Notes: generated by a model not told the origin, from the sequence alone. A DNA stretch of 64,000 nucleotides from Mizuhopecten yessoensis (GCF_002113885.1 NW_018407155.1:561097-625096); one strand, 5' to 3'; positions 12,599 to 25,903 are shown, counted from the first letter of the stretch. Made by a program: numbers and translations.

Positions 12599-13049
12599 AG
12601 TTGACTTGATTTATAGGTCACAACTGGGTTGGCTTATTGAAGTGCTTTGTAAATCTGTTATCTCAAAAATCGTACTTATCTTATAATGTTTCCATTGAAA
12701 GATAACAAATTTTATGATGTTTGTTGCAGGTGACAAGGTTGAGATTTTTTACGTTATTTAGTGTAATTTTAAATGCTATTTTTTTCGTAAAACGGGAAAC
12801 GTATTGCTTGGTCACCTATGACCATGCCATGTATTAGTTTAGGCCTTCTGTATCAGTCTGCTTGACTTTATTGGAACTTATCGGAGCTCCCCTGTGTGGA
12901 GGTCACCAGGGTTACAGTCAAGTGGAACTCTCTAGTGTGAAGATCACAGAAGCTATGTCTGGTATGTGTCTGACCACCCTAATTGTAGATATCTAGAGGA
13001 TAAATAGCTGGTCCTGTCAGTGTGATATCAAATAATATGATGTCTTTTG

Positions 13050-13570
13050 GAGGGAATGAGGGGGTCGAGAGGAGGGGGAGGTGAGCGGGGGGGGGGGGGG
13101 GGGGGGGGGNNNNNNNNNNNNNNNNNNNNNNNNNNNNNNNNNNNNNNNNNNNNNNNNNNNNNNNNNNNNNNNNNNNNNNNNNNNNNNNNNNNNNNNNNNN
13201 NNNNNNNNNNNNNNNNNNNNNNNNNNNNNNNNNNNNNNNNNNNNNNNNNNNNNNNNNNNNNNNNNNNNNNNNNNNNNNNNNNNNNNNNNNNNNNNNNNNN
13301 NNNNNNNNNNNNNNNNNNNNNNNNNNNNNNNNNNNNNNNNNNNNNNNNNNNNNNNNNNNNNNNNNNNNNNNNNNNNNNNNNNNNNNNNNNNNNNNNNNNN
13401 NNNNNNNNNNNNNNNNNNNNNNNNNNNNNNNNNNNNNNNNNNNNNNNNNNNNNNNNAGGGGCGGCGAGGAGGGGGAGGTGAGAGGAGGGGGCGGCGAGGA
13501 GGCCGGGGCGGTGAGAGGGTCGGCAAGGAGGGGCAGGTGAGGAGGGGGACATGGAAGAGAAAAGGGGAAG
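13050..13570 (+). other. G-rich purine tract with poly-G, interrupted by an assembly gap at 13110-13456
   Basis: GGAGGGGG / GGGGCGGCGAGG runs on both sides of the N block. Confidence 0.9.
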
Positions 13571-14045
13571 GCATCAGGTCAAGGTACATGTCGATTAGTC
13601 TTTCCCAACACCATTATTGATTAATCTCAGTGATTGTTTTCTACAGTGTATACATTTTCTTTGGGTTAATTCTTATACCTGATTCTGAAGATTTGGTAGA
13701 AAAACATGTTAAAAAAGACCTTTGAATAAAAACCTAAGAGGCTCCTCAATATTTGTTTAAACAAATCTTCTTTCCATTCTTCACAAAAAGAAACTGGTTG
13801 AAATGAAGATGGAAAAGTGAGAAGGGACATTACACTGGCCTGTACATTCCGGTACTTGCAGTCAAAAACATATTTTAAGATATTGCAAAATTACTCCAGT
13901 CTATCATAATAATAAAGAACAGAAATATGGTCAACCTGCTATAGAGAATATGTCTCTATTAAGAGACCACTTTTAAAATTCCCTTTGCATTTATAGTCAT
14001 TGAAAACACATCTGTTAAAAGATAACCTGTGTTAAAAGACCACTT

Positions 14046-14136
14046 TTAACTCATTCACCCCTGAAATTTCATAATGGACTATTGCAACCTTTGAATCGGA
14101 AGAGTTCAAATGTATTTTCAGGGGTGAATGAGTTAA
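14046..14136 (+). mobile_element. 83-bp TTAA hairpin MITE, subfamily A, complete
   Basis: TTAA on both sides and 16-bp TIRs CTCATTCACCCCTGAA. Confidence 0.95.
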
Positions 14137-14272
14137 ATCCATATTGTTGTTATTTTCTACACCTTCATTAAGAGATTACTGTGTTATGAGACCACTTTTA
14201 AAATCCCTGATAGCAGGTATTTTCATGGTGGAGATCTTCTGCAATATTAAAAATGATATTAAAAGATTTGAC

Positions 14273-14540
14273 CTGCTGTAAGCATGTAATTGATTGATTT
14301 CCTGGTGGTGATCTCTTTATACAGGTTTTACTGTTGGTTCTGCTGTAAGAATTTAATTGATGGATTTCCTGATGGTGGTCTCTTTATACAGGTTTTACCA
14401 TTGGTTCTGCTGTAAGCATGTAATTGATGGATTTCCTGGTGGTGGTCTCTTTGTACAGGTTTTACCATTGGTTCTGCTGTAAGAATGTAATTGATGGATT
14501 TCCTGATGGTGGTCTCTTTATACAGGTTTTACCGGTGGTT
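14273..14540. repeat. 67-bp tandem repeat x4, each unit carrying a Tc1-like MITE end
   Basis: Units start at 14273, 14340, 14407 and 14474 and contain GGTGGTCTCTTTATACAGGTTTTAC. Confidence 0.9.
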
Positions 14541-15402
14541 CCACTTTGAACTGATATATTAGACTTAAACATTTATGTTGCAACTTTTTTTGACTTCGCC
14601 AAATTCTTCTGTAAAAAATGTCATTAATACATCGTCATACTCGGCTCCCCTAAAAAAAACTTGGTAGCTGCCCGGTAGAGATTTGTCTGTTAGATTAATT
14701 ATATGTAGTACAGAGGTGAATTAAAGTAGGAGTTGATAGATATACGATATTCTCAGCTTGATTTAAAGATGTTTTTATATCAAAATCAACTTATCTTATA
14801 CACGAGACCTGATATCAGATCCAACAAATGTCGCGATGATAAAAAAACAGACTTCCATGTTGTCGCCCTAGTCACTCCTCACTTTTCCTGTCAGTCAAAT
14901 ATTCATCGTGATATTTGACACTTCTGAGGCTGAAGTGTTTGCTGTTTATTCACTTTTTTTACCAGTATTTGTATGTGGTGTAATCTGTTTCTCTGTATGG
15001 TTTAAGACAGGGTAAGATTGTTTTGGTACTTTGTAGAATTCGGTAAGAAATCTATACTAGTAGTTGTACAACTAGATAGTTTTATTTCAACAATGTTTTA
15101 TTTTAAGTATAACCTTTCTGCAGTTTGAAATTCAAATTGTGTAAGGGAGGATGAAAAATGTCTTTAATTATACAAATATGAAAAACAATGAAAATGGGGA
15201 GGGGGAGGGGGGATCAAGAGTGAATGTGTAAAGCCCCCTTGGGACCCCCCATCCAGCCCTCCCAGAAACAGAAACTCATATTTGAATTAAAATATCTGTT
15301 TAAATATTTATTCCATACATTGAAACAGTAAATAATTGGCATAATAGAAAAATCAGACACCTGGTCAAAATGTGTTCAGCCCCATTTCAATAAGAAAAAA
15401 AT

Positions 15403-15645
15403 ATAAACTTTATCTGTTTTACAACTGTTATGAAACAAGTTTTTACAACTTATACTAATCACTCTTGTTGGCCCTGATGTTAGCACGCAAGGGGTTTTAC
15501 TGTGGGAAGAAACTAGAGTACCTGGAGAAAACCTGTGGTTGGGCAGGTGACCCCCCCATACCTTTTCACGTCCGATCGGGAAATCAAACCTCGGGCCGCC
15601 TTAAGGAAAGGCAAGTGTGCTATCCACTGCGCCACCTGACCACCC
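15403..15645 (-). mobile_element. tRNA-derived SINE with V-domain-like core
   Basis: Reverse strand has A box TGGCGCAGTGG, B box GGTTTGATTTCC, core GGTTTTCTCCAGGTACTCTAGTTTCTTCCCAC and an AT-rich tail shared with the copy at 42.2-42.6 kb. Confidence 0.85.
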
Positions 15646-16902
15646 AGAAAGAAATTTGAGTGTCAACCCTTTCATAATTTTTACAAATTCTTGCATAACG
15701 TACAGTTGTTTGAAGCACCGTCATGGAAAAAAATTAATGTATAACAGTTCGTGATTTTAACCACAGTTAGAACAGTTGTCTGTATGCATCAGTGCCACAC
15801 CATTCAACAACTCAATTATAAAATATGATAAAAGGAAACAGAAACCTGTGACAGCGTTCACCACCTTCATCAGCTATGTAACACATCTATTGCTAACTAT
15901 AAAATGTAAATCATTTTGAAAAACAAAGCGCTCGTTTAATTCAAATACAAAGCTTGTAACGAGACCTAATCAATGCCAGTCTTCATCAGTGAAGTGCTTA
16001 TGTTTGCATGTTTTTGTGCAATGAAACCCTGTCTGATATGTGCGTTAGGTGGCTTTCATCGCAAACATCTGAAAGATCGAGATCAGTTTCAAATTTTACA
16101 AAAATCTAGGAATTGTAGCCTGAGGCAGCAAAGTAAATCTCGCAGCGTCAATAACACATCTTTCACTACAGGAGATTTAAGAGTTTATGTGACCTTGCAA
16201 CCCTGATCTGGGTCTTGTATTCTCTTTGAAGGCTGTATATTTAGCTGATCCCGGGTGTTTTTCTCACTAATCGTGTTTTACTGAGAAACATTGGTGGGGT
16301 TTTGTTGGAATGGTTACGACTTTTTATTTACTCGAGGATTCTAAACTGTCGTCTGATCTTTCCTTTCAGTAAATTATACAGCATGCTAATTAACTTAATT
16401 ACGCATGAAATTCATTTACTTAATTATATTTGATGCTCATTAACGAACTCTTCCATTTTCAAATGCTTTCTACAGATTTTTTACGAAACTAGTTGGAAAA
16501 GCTCAGTAAATAGTTTGTAAAAATTCAATTTTGACACAATGTTTTTATGAACGGCACTTAAGCGTCCTTAATTACATGTTCTACCAAGCTTCAGATGATA
16601 ATAAGATTTTAGCGAATCCTGGTGAAAATACCTAGTTTTTGTTTACAGTTGATGTTTGGAGTAACCCAGTACATATTTAATGAAATTGCATCAATCTGAT
16701 TGGTTAATGGTATCCGGATGATATTTTCAACGGAATGTTAATATTTTGATGCGACTTGACGATGATACACATTACCCCTGCACCTGATAATATTCAGTGA
16801 AAGTGTTGATGACTTTCTCCTTTAAATCCTGTAAATAAATTCAAAATTTTAAAAATCAAAGTCCTCCCATCTAGGGGAAGAAGCATTAACATTTGAGAGA
16901 CA

Positions 16903-16991
16903 TTAACCCTTTCAACAGTGTAGACCATAATGGACTCATCCATATCAATTCATGGCAGAGTCTACTGAAGTTACATAGGGGTGAAAGGGTT
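16903..16991 (-). mobile_element. 83-bp TTAA hairpin MITE, subfamily C
   Basis: TTAA CCCTTTCA ... GTGAAAGGG. Confidence 0.9.
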
Positions 16992-17337
16992 GTGCAGCAA
17001 TTTACATTTGTATTTTCTTGACACGTGTAGGCAATAATACCTCCACTTCTGTAAAATTATTTTTCGTGAAAATTCATTGCATCCGGATAAAACTGAGTAA
17101 ATGATAATCTTAAAACTGTCATGTGAAGTATTTGAAAAGTTTTGAGATATTTTACATGAATTCCTGTACCGTGCCTAATGATAGTATTAAGTGTACTTTT
17201 AGGGGCAGAGTACATTTGTATAAGGAAAAAGAATTATGAAGTTCATGCAAAGTAATTGAAAATTACTAAATTTTCAAACTTGAAACCCTCGATATTCCAT
17301 GGGTTACGCTCACTTGCGATGTCTGCACCCCTAGTAG

Positions 17338-17507
17338 TAGACTGGCCACCGTCTCTAGAATATTAAATAATTAAGAAAAAACTAACTCTAGTAATTTTGA
17401 TCACTTGGATGTCTGATTCTAGAGTTCTAAACTAGGGGGAGATAAGCTAGTAGTAAAATGCAGTCGAGAAATTCTTCATAAAAACTTAGGGGCTGGTGGC
17501 CAGTCTA
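17338..17507. mobile_element. 170-bp MITE, Mutator-like
   Basis: TIRs TAGACTGGCCACC / GGTGGCCAGTCTA and a 9-bp target duplication CCCTAGTAG / CCCTAGTTG. Confidence 0.8.
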
Positions 17508-18535
17508 CCCTAGTTGATGTTGTGACTAAATCAAAGACACAATATTGGCTAGTTGATTGGTTCCAGGTAAAAATAAGTGACCAGTTGCTAGACTGATACC
17601 TGTCCTTTGAAAATTACAGAGGAGTGACACCCAACCTAAAAGCCGGTCAATTTTACTGGTCAAATTTAGGTCAATTTCACTGGTCAATTTTACTGTTAGC
17701 TGTACAATTCTTTTGATGTACATCAAAGGATCAGACTTGTCTATTTGTATCATCTACAAAGTTGTGTGTACAGAGCCTTCGATTCCGTCAGGACATATTC
17801 CAGGGGTGCAGAAAACGTAAGGGACTGTAACCCCTAGACTATGGAGGATATGAACACCTGAAGAATGACATATGATTAGGTACATGAGGAGGAGCAGGGA
17901 AATCCTTGTATCTCTTCCTGACCATCAGTAACGATGAATGGAAGTTGAGCAATCTCCCCTTTCCTGTCTGTTGTTACAGGCCCGTCCGCTGTCAGTATAC
18001 ATACAGATAAGGGGAAGGGGTGTCATTCTTATGATGGAGGAGAAAGTCCTGTGCCTTATCATGACCAAGCTATCTTGACCAGTGGTCATCTGATACCTGG
18101 TCAGCAGTCATCTGATCTTGACCATTGGTCAGTGCTGATGGATAGGCACCTAATGGACCCTATATATGTCGACTGGAATGGCTATTTAGATACCCTTCAT
18201 AATGAAACAAAGAATTAAACTCCAGGCTCGGGGGAACTTGAAACAGCCTTAATTCAAAATGTTGATAAAATTAATATTTCTTTTGGAAATCTGTCTAAAT
18301 TTGTGATATAGTCGGTATTTATTGTTCTGTGTTTGATGATATATCTGTAAACTCACATTTTGATGTAGAACTCAAAACTTCAAAATATTCAAATCTGGAC
18401 ATCAAAGAATCTTTTAATGACAATCAATTTGAAAAAAATAAATATTGAAGTAGGAGAATTTCAACGTCTATTAGGCAGAAGCAATTTCACCACATATTGC
18501 ATATTTTGTTTCCAGCTTTAAAAAATATCCAAATA

Positions 18536-18626
18536 TCACCTTATTCTCCCCCGGAGACACATTTGAACTCTTCCAATTCAAAGGATGGAATAGTTCATTA
18601 TGAAATTTCAGGGGTGAATGAGTTAA
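18536..18626 (-). mobile_element. 83-bp TTAA hairpin MITE, subfamily A
   Basis: Body and the right TIR match the family. The left TIR is degenerate. Confidence 0.85.
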
Positions 18627-19777
18627 TAGACCATTACACTTAATAAGAATAAAGCCTGATAATATGTTTATATCTATAAGCTTGGTTTGTAAAGCTTTCT
18701 TAGTTTGTTGATATAAAAAGTAGAACTTTTTCAAATGTGTCTACAACCGAATGAATGGTCTTGGTCCTCGTGTCTAATTTAGAACATCAAAATATGCTGC
18801 CTTTTTAAGATCTAAGGATTTTATTCGAATAGTTAAGAAGATGCATTGACAGAGAATTTGTTTTTATGATGTGAGGTTAAGCTAACTATGCTTAGACAAC
18901 TATACTCATTACAAGTTTAGTCACAAAATCATTGACTTTCAAAGTTGTAATAAAATGAAATCATGTGATTTTGATCAGCTTTCCGAAAAAGATTTCAAAC
19001 ACACTTTCAGAAGAATTTTATTTACATAATTGATGGTTAAATGCACTATTCTGATGCTGAATGTAATTTTCCCATAAAGAAATGAGATGTTTTTACAGAT
19101 CATGTAGATAAATTGCATATGAAAAACTTATAAAATGGACGTATGTTGTATTGGTATGCATAGTATACACATGAAGGTGTAACTTTGTGTCAAAATATCT
19201 ATTTGCTGCAAGTTTACATATTTCAGGGGTAATTTTATTTTAGTGCTTTTGCGTTTTCCTTAGGCAAAAAGCTGAATATTAAATAGTGGAAAATTTCTCT
19301 GGTAAACATTTTATGGTATTAAAATCTGTATGTCAGATAACGGTACTAGCTGTTATTGGTGGATATAGATTTTGTATGAAATCTGTGCGTCAGATAGCGG
19401 TACTAGCTGTTATTTGTGGAAATATATTTTGTATGAAATCTGTGGCATCTTTTAAGTCTTTAAACGGACTGTATGTTGGGGTAAACATTTTGTGCAAACT
19501 TCATGCATCCTTAAATATTTACTGCCTAAAGCCTCTCTTTTGTTAGGAGAAGCACTTTAGGTTTGTATTGTACTTGTTATAGGATTTGTACAGTGAATTA
19601 TATGATGTTTATTGTGACCGTTACCGTCCCTCAGGGAAAATTCTGGAAGCTGAAAGTAATAGGCCTTTTTTTTTTTTAGCAATTTCAAGTCATGATTAGC
19701 TGAACATCAAATATTACAGGGATATGAAAGTAAAGTTGTAAAACTAAAAGAGAATGGAAACAGCCGGGATCAGTTCC

Positions 19778-21455
19778 AGTTTTTTAGGCCCCTGGGACCC
19801 CATGACCCTCCAGGATTACCCCTGTTCGAGATATTTTTTTAGGGCCCCAGGACCCCATAGCCCATCCATGATTACCCGTGTTCCCTACATGTATTGACAC
19901 AGTTTTTAGGCCCCCATGGCCCCTCCATGATTATACCCCTGTTCCTTACATGTATATATACAGTTTTTAGGCCCCCATGGCCCCTCCATGATTACCCCTG
20001 TTTCCTACATGTATATATACAGTTAGTTTTTAGGCCCCCATGGCCCCTCCAGGATTACCCCCGTTTCCTACATGTATATATACAGTTTTAAGGCCCCAAT
20101 GGCCCTTCCATGATAACCCTGTTTCCTACATGTATATATACAGTTTTTAGGCCCCCATGGCCCCTCCAGGCTTACCCCCGTTCCCTACATGTTTATATAC
20201 AGTTTTAAGGCCACCATGGCCCCTCCATGATAACCCCTGTTCCCTACATGTATATATACAGTTTTTAGGCCCCCATGGCCCCTCCAGGATAACCCCTGTT
20301 CCCTACATGTATATATACAGTTTTTAGGCCCCCATGGACCCTCCAGGATTACCCCCGTTCCCTACATGTTTATATACAGTTTTAAGGCCACCATGGCCCC
20401 TCCAGGATTAACCCTGTTTCCTACATGTATATATACAGTTTTTAGGCCCCCATGGCCCCTCCAGGATTACCCCCGTTCCCTACATGTTTATATACAGTTT
20501 TAAGGCCCCCATGGCCCCTCCATGATAACCCCTGTTCCCTACATGTATATATACAGCTTTTAGTGCCCCATGGCCCCTCCAAGATACAGTTTTTAGGGCA
20601 GAAGACCCTATTGCCCCTCTAGGAATACCCCTGTTCCCTACATGTAAGAGATATAGTTTTAAGGGCCCCAGGACCTCATGGTCCCTCTATGATTACCCCT
20701 GTTCCCTACATGCTACAGATACGGTTTTTAGGGCAGAAGACCTTTTTTCCCCTCTAGGAATACCCCTGTTTCCTTCATGTTAGAGATATAGTTTTAAGGG
20801 CCCCAGGACATCATGGCCCCTCTAAGATTACCCCTGTTCCCTACATGCTACAGATACAGTTTTTAGGGCAGAAGACCCTATTGCCCCTCTAGGAATACCC
20901 CTGTTTCCTTCATGTTAGAGATATAGTTTTAAGGGCCCCGGGACCACATGGCCCCTCTAGGATTACCCCTGTTCCCTACATGCTACAGATACTGTTTTTA
21001 GGGCCCCAGGACCCCATGACCCCTCTAAGATTTCCCCTGTTCCCTACATGCTACAGATACAGTTTTTAGGGCAGAAGACCCTATTGCCCCTCTAGGAATA
21101 CCCCTGTTCCCTACATGTTAGAGATATAGTTTTAAGGGCCCCAGGACCCATGGCCCTCTAGGATTACCCCTGTTCCCTACATGCTACATATACTCTAGGA
21201 TCCCAATGGCCCTCTAGGATTACCTCTGTTCCCTACATGCTACAGATACTCTAGGATCCCATGGCCCCTCTAGGATTACCCCTGTTCCCTACATGCTACA
21301 GATACTCTAGGATCCCATGCCCCCTCTAGGATTACCCCTGTTCCCTACATGCTACAGCTACTCTAGGATCCCATGGCCCCTCTAGGATAACCCCTGTTCC
21401 CTACATGCTACAGATACTCTAGGATCCCATGGCCCCTAGCTACATGTAAGAGATA
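19778..21455. repeat. Layered minisatellite with zones of 59 bp, a 135-bp dimer and 56 bp
   Basis: Shared core GGCCCCTCYAGGATTACCCCTGTTCCCTACATG with zone-specific spacers. Confidence 0.95.
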
Positions 21456-21485
21456 CTGTAGCTATCTGTTGCTTGCTACACTGTA

Positions 21486-21523
21486 TGCTAACTGTTTGCT
21501 CTGTTGTGTTGTAGGTAAGTGTT
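21486..21523 (+). promoter_or_regulatory. Candidate recursive splice site RS2
   Basis: TGCTAAC branch site at 21486-21492 (branch A 23 nt upstream of the junction), T/G-rich tract, TAG|GTAAGTGTT with AG at 21513-21514. Confidence 0.75.
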
Positions 21524-22493
21524 CCAGTGTCTGATCGCCACACAGCAGTGAGATACCAGTCGGCTATATTGACTGGGAGAGTAAGAGAGAGAGCACTAGG
21601 CTACAAGGCTTCACAGCCAACCATAACAAAGTGGCAGGCAGGACCAGTGTAGGACCCGCGTCTCCACGATGTTGTTGTGAACAAAAATCGGTGGAGAAAT
21701 GTTAAAAAAATGTGCTTTGATGGTTATGTGTGACCTTGGAATTATAATCTTCCTCAAATAATGGGATTTAATGGCTGTTTATACACACAACTGGTGATCG
21801 GTGGGGTCCTGGGGATATTAGCCTTGGTACACTGTGAAGGTAAGACCGGTGTAGCGGAGGGCACTAATGTTATGTGTACAGGGTATCAGCATGCTGGTGT
21901 CAGCCCTGGGATATTGAAAATATCAGCTAGTTGTTGTATTGGGATTTTCGAGTCTCTATTTGTAATGTTTGAAATATCGTAAATATTGATAAGGATATAT
22001 AGAACAGGGATGTTGAGGGGTGGGGTGGGGATGTTGGGGGGTGGGGCGGCGATGCAGCAGAGAGATCGTAAATATTGGTAGGATTATTGGGGGAGAGAGG
22101 CAGAGGGGTCAATATCTTGAGTATATATTGTTGTAAGGATATAGAACCAAGTGTTGGAGTCAGGGATGTTTTGGGAGGGGGGCAGCTGAGTCAAAAAGAT
22201 CGTTAATATTGGTAAGGATATAGGGATCAACTTGGAATATTGAAACGTGTAATAATATTATATCATTGGGTATTGTGTATACTTTATTGATGAACAATTC
22301 AGTTATCGAGACACAATTGGGTCATCAATGTTGAGAAATTGGTTCATCAATCAGTGTACAGGTCAACGGAACTAGTCCATGTGATATTGTATTGGTAATA
22401 ATAGATCTCTAGAGAAGACGTTTGAATAATGGTAAGGGTAGGTCTCTATGGACTCTGTCAGTGATAATGAATATTTATACTACACAGAGGGAG

Positions 22494-22580
22494 TTAACTC
22501 ATTCACCCCTGAAATTTCAAAATGAACAATTCCAATCCTTGAATTGGAAGAGTTCAAATGTGTCTTCAGGGGTGAATGAG
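22494..22580 (+). mobile_element. 83-bp TTAA hairpin MITE, subfamily A
   Basis: Both TIRs and the left TTAA. Confidence 0.92.
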
Positions 22581-22842
22581 ATGAGATAGAAGTAGAGGGT
22601 GTCAGTGTGAACACTTGGATATATAGAACAATGTGTCCCAGTACAATAAAATAAAACACGTAAATAACAATAGACCAGGTCTTGTCACCGGGTCATACAG
22701 GCGTGTGGCATCAATGTACGTGAGTGTATCAATGCTGGGATTACTTGTACTCCATGCAGGCTACCATTAGAGAAAGGGGCACAGTACTTGCTGTTCTGCT
22801 AGGGTTCGTGAGTGATGGTTTTAGTCAGTGTGTTAGGTATGA

Positions 22843-23227
22843 GTGGTGGTGCTAGCCGAAGAGTGCTACTTGATGTAGTATAGAGAAAGTGCTGGTGCTA
22901 GTCAAATAGTGCTACTTGATGTGGTATAACGTAGATGGTGGTGCTAGTCAAATAGTGCTACTTGATGTGGTATAACGTAGATGGTGGTGCTAGTCAAATA
23001 GTGCTACTTGATGTGGTATAACGTAGATGGTGGTGCTAGTCAAATAGTGCTACTTGATGTGGTATAACGTAGATGGTGGTGCTAGTCAAATAGTGCTACT
23101 TGATGTGGTATAACGTAGATGGTGGTGCTAGTCAAATAGTGCTACTTGATGTGGTATAACGTAGATGGTGGTGCTAGTCAAATAGTGCTACTTGATGTGG
23201 TATAACGTAGATGGTGGTGCTAGTCAA
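22843..23227. repeat. 46-bp minisatellite, ~8 copies with a homogeneous core
   Basis: Unit GGTGGTGCTAGTCAAATAGTGCTACTTGATGTGGTATAACGTAGAT. Confidence 0.97.
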
Positions 23228-25376
23228 CCAGTTAATAGCTTATGATGAGAGTGGACCACATATCGGGGCATCAGGTCATTGACTGATATCAAAATACTTC
23301 TAGTTAAATTGTTGGGGTCCCACATTAAGGATGTAGATGCCCTATAGCAATCACAAGTTATCTCGGAGTTAAAACAAAAAATAATGATTTTTTTGGCTGG
23401 TGATACACGGTGATACGCAGATGTAAAATTTCCAATGTTAAAGTTAAGGTCACTTGCTAAAAATAAACCATAGGGGTCTGAACAAGCGCATGGCAGGGCC
23501 CTCGCTGAATTGTCAGTGCTGTAGTAAATATCAGGTATACTGATGGACCTGATAATGGGGCATCATGTTGTAATGTTATGACATACAGCCTCGGGACATT
23601 CAATAATTAGCTGTAGTACTTCCGATATTCCACTGTGTATCTGATATGACTCGTTGCCTACAGTAATGCTAAACATTGATGCGTATTAATAGTATGGGAC
23701 ATTTTTGAATAATTGTACACGGTATAGGCCAGGCTAGGCATAAGACATCTCAACACCAGGTCAATGGAGCCGCCGTGATATTGAAACATCAGCCGAGTCT
23801 CCCAGATACATCGGTGTGAAGTGTCAATAAGGTTCGTGAAACTTGAATAATTGTAGGCCTTGAGATCCTAAATCAAGAAAAAAATGGATGATGTGTAACA
23901 GGATGTGTTGTTCGTAAGCTCTGGGTGTGCAGGTTATCTGACATGGCCGACATAAATAGACCGTTCTTTTTAAACACATTTCCTATCCATTTGCTGTTAA
24001 TGGAGGAACTGAAATAAAAACCTGTCAGCTCCGGTGTGATGTAACACGCGGCAGGTCTCGTTGATGAATGTAAGGGCCACGTTATATATAATCTTGTCGA
24101 CCTCGCAAGCTTATATTTTTTACTGCAGTTACATTCCCAGTTACCTGGGGTTTGGAAGTGTGCTGAGTTTTCTTAGATCACTGCAGATGTAAAAACACAG
24201 AAATATTTCAGGATTTGGAGGTGTGAAATATTTTCTTGTATTGTTGCAAATGAAAAAAAACACCTAGACTTTGCATGATGTTTTCTTGTATGCTTGCACT
24301 TGAGAAAACGCGCACACACAAAAATGTACGGGTTCAAATGTGTGAAATGTTATCTTGTATTGTTGCACTCCAAAAAAAAAAAAAGTTTTAGGATTTAGAG
24401 GTGTGAAGTGTTTTAAGTATTTCAACATGAAAAAAATCCAGAAAGTATTTCAGGGTTGGTGTTAGTAATTTTGCAAGTAAATATCCTACAGATTTTTCAG
24501 GCATTGCTAGTTTGTAAATGTGCAATGTTTTCCTAGCTCATTACAAATCAATTACTTCTAAACAAGTTTTTGCAGAGACAAGTGATATTGTGTTACATCA
24601 TTTCTCTCAAAAAAGCTGTAGAAATTGGAGGTGGCAATGTATCCTTAGAATTAAGATCCTGTAAAACAGAAATTAAGGGGAGGTTAGAAAAGCCCCATTG
24701 CAGCGGAACAGGACTCCTTAAATGTTTGGATTTCTCTAGATTTGAGCCAGTGTTTAGCTCGTAGGTAATTCTAGATAAGAGTCGGTTAGTAGCTCATAGG
24801 TAATGGTAGAAATCAAGGCATTGATGTGTCCTAAACTTAAATGGTAGGATTTTGCAAGATTTGAGCCAGTTGGTGGCTCAAAGGTAGCGGTAGAAATCAA
24901 GGCAGTGATGTATCCAGGACCATTTTGTTTTGGAGGTAGCCGAGCAATGAGGCAAGTGATGAATTTGTTTCCTCTGCTCCTGGGATATACCAGTTGAGAT
25001 ATGTCCGTGTCTATATGATAGGCAGTATAGCCGGTGTACTACGTCATATGACATGTTTTATTGGTCAGCTGTGCACAATTTCCTTTCCATCCTTAGTTCG
25101 ATGTTATAACTTCAGTTGTCAACAACGGCCATTTTCAAATTATTTATTGACTTATCAAAATTTTACAGCTCATCAAAATATATATTGGGTCCAGAAATAA
25201 CCATTAAACCACAGCTGTGTAGCTTGGATTTTCTGCTTATTGTGAAAATAAAAATAATACCAGCCAAGGAATTGAACCTCGGCGGGCTTGCTGGTATGCA
25301 CTGGTACAACTTTGGGCATAAGGGGCAACTTGTGTTGGACTTCTAAAGGGGTCTTTAATATATTGTATAAATGTTG

Positions 25377-25460
25377 TTAACTCATTCAACCCTGAAGACA
25401 CATTTGGACTCTTCCAATTCAAAGGTTGGAATAGTTCATTACAAAATATCAGGGGTGCAT
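25377..25460 (-). mobile_element. 83-bp TTAA hairpin MITE, subfamily A
   Basis: TTAA CTCATTCAACCCTGAAGACAC... Confidence 0.85.
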
Positions 25461-25782
25461 TTGGGAAGCCCTTTTGTGGAAATATTGATAGTCTATGACA
25501 ACTGTAGCGTTGTTAATGATATTTCTATGTGAAATATGATTAAAAGCTGTAAGAGCCGTGAGGAAGTTGCTACTGTTCTTAGGGATCCGCGTTACATTGC
25601 CATAAAATGGTAGCTATCGCCATAAAACGGTAGCTATTGCCATAAAGCGGTAGCTATAAAGGTACAGAAGCTCTAGTGAACCATTTCTGGAAAAAAAACC
25701 ATTTGTTAAGACTATCATGAAAGAATAACAAAGATGAAACAAACAAATCAACAACAGTGGTTTTACTGTGAAAATGCAAAGA

Positions 25783-25855
25783 GGCCAGACTAGGATTTGA
25801 ACCCTTGACCTCCGATCATTATACTATCGCTCTAACCAACTGAGTTACCTTGTCA
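25783..25855 (-). mobile_element. tRNA-like SINE head, degenerate
   Basis: Reverse strand GGTAACTCAGTTGGTTAGAGCG...GGTTCAAATCC has A and B boxes but no intact cloverleaf. Confidence 0.6.
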
Positions 25856-25903
25856 ACTGGATTACCCTGGCCAAGTGGCACTGCAGTTATATCCAGAACA
25901 AAA

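Noticed and set aside
12705-12745. TTTGTTGCAG|GTGACA as a fourth ratchet point
   Set aside because: The acceptor is plausible, but the regenerated donor GTGACA is weak and there is no clear branch site or GTT extension.
7801-13620. ORFs containing long X runs
   Set aside because: They are artefacts of translating through N gaps and homopolymers.
25783-25855. Functional tRNA gene
   Set aside because: A and B boxes are present, but the acceptor and anticodon stems do not pair and there is no clear terminator. It is better explained as a SINE head.
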